NCBI GenBank assembly: GCA_964234715.1
Contig: OZ174279.1
Length of the DNA: 64,000 nt
DNA from: Podarcis melisellensis
Lineage: Eukaryota
Direction: 5' to 3' (one strand)
Positions 15,101 to 24,400 of the stretch are shown here, piece by piece. The stretch's first letter is position 1. The number at the start of each line of letters is the position of its first letter. A program made the position numbers and the translations under genes. Under the pieces are notes generated by a model. It saw only the letters and a program-made list of their open reading frames with translations, did no database searches and was not told where the DNA came from.

Positions 15101-16614
15101 TAGGCCTGCTGGCATATGAGAGATGCCTGAAAGTCAAAAGCTAGGATACCTGCCAAATCTCTGCTGGAAGAGTGTTCCACACCATGGCCAACTTCTACTC
15201 AAGTCCAGTTGGACCTCTGAATCAGGGGATAATGTTTTGTGCTTATCCTACAAAACCACTCAGTGCTGTGTCTTGCTCCCAGTTAAACCTTAACACAGAT
15301 ACCCATCCACAGTATGCTTTCTCGTGCTGCTGAAGCACAATAATGTGGTGGGGGAAGTGTTTCAAACAGGCTCGCTGCACTTCAAGCGTTGTTGACTACA
15401 AGAAGCTTACAATCCAGTGGCGGACTGGGCAGAAACCTTTTTGTACAGCTGAGAGAAGCCTAGAAACTATTCCATTATTGTTTGTTCTTCACAGCTGGAG
15501 GTGTTGGAATCCATCGGCCTATTGGCAAGAATGCAGCACCTAGGCAAGCATACAAGGCAAAGGTAAGATTATGATGTGAATAATAGTTAGGACCTGGCAT
15601 TGTCATAACTCCCAGAAGTTGATTATTTGTATAGAGCCACTTTCCCCACATCATAGGAAGCCTTGTTTATTGGACTTACCAAGCAACTCAAGTACAGATT
15701 CATAGTCTCAAAGTATGTTAAAAGATGTCTTGGTACAGACAATGCAGATTTCTTGTCTCCTACCAGGAAATTTCCTTGGCTTACTTATGGCAGTCTTCTA
15801 CATAGTACTGCATTCTATTAACTCTCACCCTAAATACAGGGCTGCAGGCTGGCTCCCTTTTAAAGACGAATCTCTGTATCTCTAAGCTAGATCCGGTTTT
15901 GAATAATTGATCTGAATGTGAGGCATTGATAGATGTTGTGAAAGCTGATGTGAATGCCCATTTTGGTGGAAGTCTACCTTTTTCCATGTCTTGCTTCCAG
16001 TCACTAAGCATTGATTCCCTTCTGTTTCTACAGAAAGGCAAAGGTGATATCAAGAAGGGCCGCCTGGATCCTTATGCCTACATCCCACTGAACAGAGCCA
16101 AACTTAACAGAAGGTATGATATGGGGATGCTGTGGGGAGAGCATAGGAGAGCATTGTTAGTTCTGCTTGGACACATTGAAATTAATGGCCTTGACTAACT
16201 TAGGCCCTTAATTTCAATAGGTCTACTAAGAGTAGAACTTAACTCGATGCAACTCAGTGTCACTGTTCAGGATTTCTCTCTATCTGTAAAATGCTGCCAT
16301 GGAGTTGTGTGTGCTTGAAACCAGCTATGTTCTCTTATCTCAAGCACTCTGCTGGATATTCTTGAGATTTGAAGCTTCCTTTTTCACTGGTATCCCAGAC
16401 CTGCTTTTGCTGCAGAAGCAGGGCACCTAAAGCCTCCATGGGAGAACTACACATGTACTTGCTGTGCTTGTGGCAGTACTCATTCTAATCTCTTCTCTCT
16501 CTTTCTGGCAGGAAAAACGCAAAACTTCAGGGACAGTATAAGGGCCTGATGAAGGGGGCCCAACGTGGTGCCCAGGCAGGCAAGAGGCATCGTAAGAAGC
16601 AGCCCCATGTCTGA
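256..16614 (+). CDS. RRP12: RRP12-like protein (HEAT/ARM-repeat ribosome biogenesis factor), 3' 30 coding exons; 5' exons lie upstream of the window
   Basis: GT-AG exons with consistent phases: 256-361, 816-932, 1201-1339, 1487-1614, 1930-2028, 2240-2331, 2421-2532, 3049-3149, 3242-3356, 3642-3784, 4314-4435, 5029-5093, 5216-5378, 5660-5814, 7313-7380, 8114-8207, 8985-9143, 9285-9365, 10241-10346, 11303-11410, 11791-11948, 12320-12411, 12822-12980, 13168-13340, 13467-13580, 14518-14567, 14807-14885, 15495-15562, 16034-16113, 16512-16614 (TGA). Peptides [70 protein letters not shown] and [16 protein letters not shown] match vertebrate RRP12 as I recall it. Confidence 0.96.
5563..5626 (+). repeat. 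(CTTT)16 microsatellite in an RRP12 intron
   Basis: Read directly from the sequence. Confidence 0.95.
6092..6440 (-). mobile_element. L2-type LINE 3' fragment with (AAT)n tail
   Basis: (TAC/AAT)n tail, then ggcaccactaccaagaaggccctctg (reverse of the RAFLVVVP motif); same architecture as the 17951 copy. Confidence 0.65.
7468..7799 (-). mobile_element. Sauria SINE
   Basis: Reversed (ACCTTT) tail, ggtcatgtggccagcatgact, ggtacctatttatctact and a reversed B-box. It is the reverse complement of the copy at 52028. Confidence 0.9.
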
Positions 16615-16946
16615 AGGAGACAGATCCCATCAAAACTCCTCTAGGGTGCAGTTCCTGTCAAGGCAACCTGACTCTGGATCTGGTTGCTGCCACCTCACAA
16701 CCTGAGCTGCTCTTTGGAAGTGGAATGAGATCACTAATTCCACACAGTTGCAGTGTATACTTTTCTCAGCCAAAAAACGGTGAAGATGTGTATTCTAGCC
16801 CAGACTCCCTTCTACTATTTATGGAGCTACGCAGTAGGGCTCTTCTCACCAGATGCTACTGCCATGGGTTTTTTTTGCACAACTATGTGTGCTTCATCTA
16901 GCCTTGAACTTTGTGCAAGAGAGAGAAGTGTAATGAACTTCTGAGC

Positions 16947-16952
16947 AATAAA
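16947..16952 (+). terminator. Probable RRP12 polyadenylation signal AATAAA
   Basis: AATAAA about 330 nt after the RRP12 stop, followed by GT-rich sequence (ggaagttggttgtgt). Confidence 0.65.
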
Positions 16953-17483
16953 TGTAACCAATGGAAGTTGGTTGTGTAAAAGCTGCTGTCCCCATCTGTC
17001 TACTTTTTCCGGCTTGAAAACTGCCAGAACTAGCAACATAGTTGTGCTTTTGGGAACTATGCTAAACTTTCTAGGAAGTTTAACATTTCTCTGCATTTCA
17101 GGATTTATTCTATGAGGAATGTGACTGGTTGGTACTTGTGAAAATTAGAAAATAGTATTATAGTCAGAGGCAGAAAGCTATGAGAAATTCTGAACCAAAT
17201 TCCATGTGCTGATTTTGTATGTTCTCTTGCTTACATGCATCCCTGTCAAGGAGTGTACCAGTCAGAACACATGCACAGGGACAGAGCCAGTGAATCCACA
17301 ATGAAGAGAATGCCCACCCCACACACATGCAAAATCATTCCATAGTTCCTGCAATCAGTCCCAGTTGCTCAGGCAGCAACAACACACATCCCTTCACACA
17401 GTGAGTTTGAATCCCCCCCCTGCTGCTCACATGTCTTAATTAATTAACAAAGCACAGAGCATCCTTAACTTCCTTCATTGATT

Positions 17484-17693
17484 AGGTAAAGGTAAGGTAA
17501 AATATCCCTGGACGGTTGAGTCCAGTCAAATTAGATACTCATCTCTTTTGGGACAAGAGAGCAAGCGTTTGTCCGCAGACAGCTTTTCTGGGTGATGTGG
17601 CCAGCATGACCACAGCGGTACCTATTTATCTACTCAAGCTGGTATGCTTTCGAACTGCTGGATTGGCAGCAGCAGGGACAAAGCAATAGGAGC
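17484..17693 (-). mobile_element. Degenerate, truncated Sauria SINE
   Basis: aggtaaaggtaaggtaa tail, tgtggccagcatgac, gcggtacctatttatctact and tgctttcgaactgct. Confidence 0.75.
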
Positions 17694-17948
17694 CATTATC
17701 TCCTTATCTACAAGCTGAGGGTGGACCATGAGTACACTTGCAAGGCAGATGTCAGGAAAAAAAACCTCAGCAAAAGTTTGCATGGCAGTTCATGAGTCAC
17801 TAACCAGAGCAATAATCACCCAACCCTTTCTTATTTCAAAGGTTGACAAGATCTACAAAAGCCATAATGCACCAAACTATTTTTTGATGCATGTGAGTCA
17901 GGGATGGGGTTGCCATTTAATATCTAGCTTGCAACAGTGACATTTCAT

Positions 17949-17998
<50 letters not shown>

Positions 17999-18374
17999 TT
18001 TTTATTTATACCCCGCCCACCCCAGCTCAGAGCGGCTTACAAGCAATAATAAAAACAAGATGAATGATTACAACTTAAAAACAAAAATAAAATACAACAT
18101 TAAAATAATGGAACATTAAAATTTTAAATGTAGCCTCATCGCAGGAGGAGAAGGAAAAGAAAGGGGGGAAAAAGAGAGGGAGGGAATCAAATTGGCTCCA
18201 AGCCAAAGGCCAGGCGGAACAACTCTGTCTTACAGGCCCTGCGGAAAGAAATCAGATCCTGCAGGGCCCTGGTCTCATGAGGCAAAGCGTTCCACCAGGC
18301 TGGAGCCAGAGTTTAAAAGGCCCTGGCTCTGGTTGAAGCCAATCTAACTTCCTTAGGGCCTGGGACCACTAGGG

Positions 18375-19730
18375 CAGTGTTTCCCAACCGGTGTTCCGCG
18401 GCACACTAGTGTGCCGCCGGACGTGTGGGAGGGAGGCGGGCGAGTCGGGCTAATCCTCCGGCCCCGCTCCCCCGGGGAACGTGCCCCGTCATCCGCTTCT
18501 GCCTTGCTCCCTGTGACAGGAATTCCCCAAACTGCATCAGCATCTGCCGCTTGCCCAGCAGCCCCGGCGCTGCCTTGCGCCCGGCGCCCCCGCCACCCTC
18601 GGCGCAGGGAGCGAGGGGCGCGCAGGCAGGCGCTGCCCGGCGGAGCGACGGCTCCTTCCGAGCGGCTGGCAGTGTCTGGGCATGACTGGCCTCCCGCCTG
18701 GTCCCGCGGCGGCTGCAGACGCGGCCGAAGCAGCGCAGGGAAGGAGACGCCCGGCCGCCCAGCCCCGCCCCGCACGCTCCCACTCTCTCTCGGCGGCCGG
18801 GGAGCGGGGCCAAAGCGGGCCCCCACCTGAGTGGCGGCTGCGTGAGCCAATAGGCGAGCTGGGGCAGAGGGGGAGGCGGGGCTCCGGAGAACAAAGGAGG
18901 GAGGGGGCACCCGGGAGAAGGGGGCGGGAGGAGCGGGGAGCGCGGCGCTGCGCCCGGGACGCCCCAGTTCCGCCGGGTTAGAAGCCGGCGGCCTACCTCT
19001 GCTGGCCGTGGAAGGCAGCCGGGTCTGGGTCGCGCCCCGAGAGTGGCGGGGTCCGCGTACAGCCTGCCCTCCAGGCTGGGAAGTGGCTCCTAGGCTCCGC
19101 CTGAAGCCACGCAGAGCCCGCAAGGCGCCCTCGGTGCAATTTGGCCGGGGCAAAAGGCGAAGCTCTGGAGGGAAAGGCGGCCGGATTCCCCTCCTCGGTG
19201 GGTCCGGTGGTCTCCCGCCTCCTCTGAGGAAGGGTCTCTTCTTCAGCTTTTCTGATCCTTCGTGGCCCCGTTGGGAGAAGCCGAAATAAATAATGGCCGT
19301 GCCATTAAAGTTCTCTCTTTTATAAAAGGGATCCTAATAGAATCGTAGAGTTGGAAGGGATCCCCAGGGCTATCCAGTACTGTACAACCCCTGCAGTGCA
19401 GGAATCTCAGCCATAGCATCCATGGCAGACAGACATCCCACCTCTGCTTAAAAACCTCCAAGAAGGGAAAAACCTCCCGAGGGAGACCATTCCCCTGTTG
19501 AACAGCCCTTACCAGCGGAAAGTTCTTTCCCATGTTTAGTCAAAATCTTTATTGTAACGTGAATCCACTGGTTCGAGTCCTACCTTCTCTACCTTCTATG
19601 CTGTTACTATTTTTTTATTTTTTTTTACATAAGTAAAAAGTGACCTTTCCCCATCTGGCATGGTGGTGTGCCTCGAGATTTTTTTCATGAAACAAGTGTG
19701 CCTTTGCCCAAAAAAGGTTGGGAAACACTT
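18375..19730. mobile_element. Non-autonomous hAT (Charlie/Buster-type) DNA transposon carrying GC-rich internal cargo
   Basis: Left TIR CAGTGTTTCCCAACC (18375-18389) and right TIR GGTTGGGAAACACTT (19716-19730) match 14/15. Identical 8-bp TSD CACTAGGG (NNNTANNN) at 18367-18374 and 19731-19738. No transposase ORF. Confidence 0.9.
19337..19590 (-). mobile_element. CR1 LINE 3' fragment nested inside the hAT element
   Basis: Reverse of a CR1 3' end (atagaatcgtagagttggaaggg...). The minus-strand translation LVRAVQQGNGLPREV...LEVFKQRWD matches the CR1 ORF2 C-terminus pattern. Confidence 0.8.
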
Positions 19731-20639
19731 CACTAGGGTGTTGTTATTTATGGACCTTGAGGTTCTCCGTGGGGCATACCAGGAGAGGCGGTCCCGTAGG
19801 TACGAGGGTCCTAGGCCGTGAAGGGCTACATTTGTATTTGAGACAATACAGAGCCAGGCAGATTTGGTGTGAGGGCTGAGGAGAGAATTCCTCCTTTTGT
19901 AGATGCTTGTAATGGATGCTTTAATTGAGATCTCTGTATTGCAGGGGGTTGAACTAGATGATTCTCTGGGTTCCTTCCAACTCTATAATTCTATGATTTT
20001 ATGAAGATTTAATCCTAAAAGCTATACTATAAAGATAAAACTACTAACTCTGGAATAGTTCCAGTGGCATTACAGAAACAAGCACATCAGTTTACACTAT
20101 TTTAATTCTAATATTTGGGTAAAAGATGAGTCTTCAGTAGGCCTTGACTAGCAGCACATAGTAATTTTTTTGACATTTAACAGTTACATCCTGTGCAAAT
20201 GCATTCAACAAAAACAAATTTTCCCTTCCCCAGGCATTTGAAATCAAATTAATTTGTGCTATTTTGTTATAGCTAGCTGATGTGGAGTTGTAATAACTTG
20301 GGGGCGGGGAACCTCTACCCCTTTTTATAGTGCAAATAGCACTAGGTTTGCACTGCACAGTTTTAAAATATATTCAGCTTTTGGGGGAAAGACCATAATT
20401 CTGGTAGAATACAAATTTGTTGAACTGGTCCCTGTAGTTGTGCTTTCTCAGCCTATTTCTGTGTCTCAACTTACTAGGGAAGGTGCAAGAGCAGTCCTGG
20501 CCTGCTTATTTTAATGATTAGTTGGCAACCTTATTAGGACACCTACCAACTTGGAAGGGCAGAGAGCTCTCACACAAGTGGACCTTTTGCCACACCAGCT
20601 CTGCATCTCCCTGCCATGCCGACAACTACTACTTATTTC

Positions 20640-21450
20640 GTTAAGGGCGCAGGAAATATACGAGGGACGGGGGGAGAGAGCTGTTGCTTGTAAGGGCTGA
20701 AAGCGCCTCCTTTCGCCTACTAGGTCACAGCATAACACCGTAGCTGTCAAGAAGGCGTTGGAAATGTCGCCGAGAAGACTACAAGCCCCAGAAAGCTTAA
20801 AGCCCCATTCTGGGTTTGCTCTCCCCGCCCTCTTGTCTTTGTGGGGTATTTCTCCTCCCCTCTCCTCGGTTTTCAACGGCGCTTCCAGGCCTGACGGTCG
20901 TTAGGCGTTTGCCGTGTTCGAACAGGCCAATGGCTGCGCGGCCACGAGGCGGCGGCGGGTGGGACTATTTTGCAAACAGCCAATAGGCTTTTGCAGTTGA
21001 AGCGACCAATCGGAAGGCAAGGCGGCAGATATGAGATGGCGGCGGAGTCGGCTCTGAGGGGGAGAGGAGGAGAGAAACGAGTGGGCAGGTAGGTCGGTTG
21101 CTGTGTCCGCCGGGCGGGCCGAGGTTGCGTGGCCAGAAGACTTTGAGAAGCTGAAGTGGGTCAGGTGAGGGCGGGGTTGAGACAGAAACAAGGCATAGGG
21201 TATACGAGCCTTTCGCTGTGGTGCCTCAATCATTTGTGTGGCCTTGGGACGTGAGGCCTGTGGTCCTGCCTCTAGGGCAAGCTGTTTCATAGAGCGGAGG
21301 TGCGATGCTCTGAAGCCTATCCCGTCTGCTCTTGCTCTTTGCCCAGGGGCTGAGGAGAGCGAAGGAGGCGGATCTCCCTTCTCCCTCTAGACGCGCCTGG
21401 GCGAGGAGCAGAGACGGGAGTGAGTAAGGGGCGACATGACAGAAGAATCT
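20640..21450 (+). promoter_or_regulatory. ARHGAP19 CpG-island promoter
   Basis: CpG-rich. CCAAT boxes at 20927, 20980 and 21006; TTCGAA at 20917-20922; GC boxes; YY1-like AGATGGCGGC over the ATG. Confidence 0.8.
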
Positions 21451-24400
21451 GATAACATTACGCGTGGCATAACAGATAGAGGAAGGTTTTCTCCCTCTCT
21501 CAACACTAGGACGAGTGGCATCCAATGCAGCTGAATGCTGGAAGACATAGGACAGATGAAAGACGAGGTCATAATTGGTCAAATTATGGAACTCGCCCTG
21601 CCAGGAGGCAGTGATTGACACTAACCAGTATGGCTCGAAAAGAGGATTAGACAAATTCATGGAGGAGAGAGCTGTCAATGACTGCCAGCCATGATGTGGC
21701 TGTGCAATGCCTCCACAGTTGGAGGCAGCAGTGGTTCCAAATAGCAGTTGCTGGAAACTTCAGGAGGGAAGAGTAGGCTCACAGTGGTTTCCCACTGTGA
21801 GAACAGGTTGCTGGACTAGATCCAGCGGGCTTGTCTTATGTTCTTATGAAGGGAAATCCTAGTGATTTGGGACTGGGAAAGGTTTTGGGGTGGTTGTTGG
21901 GTGGGATGAAGGAGAGATACAGAGGATGTCAATGTTCCAATCTAGTTGACATGTGGTTCTTCTAGATATTTATTTTATTTATTGCATTTATATACAGTAC
22001 CAGTTTTTTCTCCAAGGAGCTCCGGGTGATGTCCATGGTTCTTCCCCTTCCTCATTTTATCCTCAAAAGAAGCCCATAAGTAGGTTAGTGCTGAGAGACA
22101 GTGACTGGACAGTGTCACCCAGAGAGCTTAATGGCTGAGTGAGGAATTGAACCCTTAGTTTCCTAGGTTCTAGTCTGGCACTAGCCACTAGGCCACACTG
22201 TCTTTCCATGTGCCAGTGTGCACACCTAAAGTACAAAGTGTGGTTTTTCTGCCCTAATATCAAAGGAATAGTGTTCATACAGAGCTAATGTGGTGTATTG
22301 GTTAGTGTAGGACTAGAATCTGGGAGACCAGGCTTCATATCTCTGCTTGACTCACTGGGTGACTGTGGGCCAGTCAACCTCTCTCAGCACTAATCTCAGG
22401 CTTGTTGTGAGGCTAAAATGGGGAGAGGAAGAAGTATGTATGCCATCTTTAGCTCCTTGCAGAAAATGTGGGATGTAAATATATCAAGAAATAAATGCAA
22501 TGTGTTAACAGGTTAATAATACAACCATTGCTACTTCAACCATTATTGGAACGATACATTTCAATACTATGCAAGAAACAAGTCAGAATAAAATTTCTTT
22601 TTTAAAATACATTTTATTAATTTTCCAGAAGACATTTCCAAAACAATTGGTTCCCCACTCCCCCAGAATGTGTCAAATTTTCCCATAAATCTATATGCAT
22701 AATTGGTGGGTGTCACTCATCAGGGCATTTATTTGAATATTTTATAATGGGATGCCATATTGCAACAAAATATTGGTTGTATCATTCAGGTCGTGTATTC
22801 TCTTAGTTAGTTTCTCAGATAAAGCAAGTGTCCACATATTCTGTTTCCATTGTGTGGTGTGTAGATGATCAAGTCCTTTGCAGTCTTTTTTAATAGTTTC
22901 TTTTTGCTATGAGTAGTTGCGCCACTACTAAAAGAAAGGTGGTAAGTTCCATGTGTAATAAAATAAAAATTTCTATTCTATAAACATCCTCCTTGCTTTG
23001 TGAGCTTTTGATTTTTTTTTCAGGGCTTTAGCATGTTTATTCTTCGCATCCTGTAGGTTAAATGGCTTCTTTGCTCAAGCTTGCTGGAGTCTGCTGTAGA
23101 GTTAATAGTTTATTTTCTACTGTATTTTTCAGGGAGCACCAGTTCTTTTTTTTAGGAACTGCAGTTGGAGCAATTCTGTTTGATCTTACAGTGTAATCTT
23201 CAAAGTCATCCATTAGCTTAGGCCTTTGATACAGACAGCATGACTACGGCTCTGTTTGTAAGAAATGCCAAAATGAATGCTTAGTATTCATTTCTCCACA
23301 ACAGGCATGTTTTATTAAGCAGTTGGTTCTTCCATAGTTTATTTTCTGACCACCTTTCACTGTTAAAAGGCCTTTCTTCGCAATCACTTTTAATCCCTTT
23401 ATTCCTTGAAATATGGTCCTGCAACGCTCTAATATTGATCCTCTGGAAGTTGGAGATTACAGGAGGAAAGTTTTCTTAACACTTATTTTATGGCATGACC
23501 TTAAAGGGCTGCAATCCTTCAGATGCATGAAGTGTTATCCTGAGTTGCAGGTATATGTACACATAGTTGGTGAGGATTAAAATCAGAGGAAAATGAAATG
23601 CAAAAAGTATGAACAATAATAATTATTAGCTTCTCATTCTTCAAACAGTAGTTGATGATAGCACAAGCATCCTAGCACTGATACAAATATACCATGGTTC
23701 AAACCACAGATTACAATTTGTCAATATTTTATATGTTAAGCAGACACTGTTCTGTGCTTAATCAATTCTTATCAATATTTCCCCCCTGGGCCAATTGCTC
23801 CTTGCAATATCTTTTATTGTTAAATTAACTGTTCTACTTATTAATATCCCTCTGTACCTGCCGTGACTGAACAATCATCTTCTACTGTGGCCTTACCTCA
23901 AATGCTTGTGGGTGTTCTTCACCTTATTTATATTTATATGTATTTTATAGCCTACTCCACCCTGTAATCCCATGTTGAATTACATACAAGTAACATGCCT
24001 TGCCATATATTGAAGCATATCAAAGCAAGCAGCATCAGTAACAACACTGCAGTGGAATGCATATTCTTAATTAATCCTGTACCCCCAAAGACCTATGCAA
24101 AGAAGTGTGTCTTGACCCACTGACAATGTAGTTACAATAATACGGCCAGATGCATCTTAGAGGAAAAGCATGGCACAAGTTGGGGGCCACATCAAAGAAG
24201 GCCCTCCCACACTCTGTCATGGCCCAAACCACCTGTAGGATCTACACTGCAGACCTTAACACCCAGGCGAATCAGTACGTATTAGAGCTGCTCTTCAGAT
24301 ATTTCAGCTCCAAGTATTAGGTACTTAAGCACAGGGTCCTAAGCACCAAGTTAAAAGTTCTGGAAGCTGTCAGAGGCTCAGCCTTGTGCATGACTGAAAA

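Larger units (their letters stand above)
17951..19827 (-). mobile_element. 5'-truncated L2 LINE 3' end (17951-18374 plus 19739-19827) split by the hAT element
   Basis: (AAT)n tail at 17951-17997. With the hAT and one TSD removed, the minus strand reads ALHGLGPSYLRDRLSWYAPRRTSRSINNNTLVVPGPKEVRLASTRARAF*TLAPAWWNALP...FRRACKTELFRLAFG, typical of an L2 ORF2 C-terminus. Confidence 0.85.

Noticed and set aside
18353-19153. GC-rich minus-strand ORFs (266 aa and 162 aa) as a diverged FRAT gene; SLRRGWRG and QMLMQFGEFLSQGARQ loosely echo FRAT CRRGWLRG and QQLVLSGNLIKEAVRR
   Set aside because: The two patches are in different frames and other FRAT motifs are absent. The DNA lies inside a TSD-flanked hAT that post-dates an L2, so it cannot be the ancestral locus. 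Long ORFs are expected by chance at this GC content. An HMM search would settle it.
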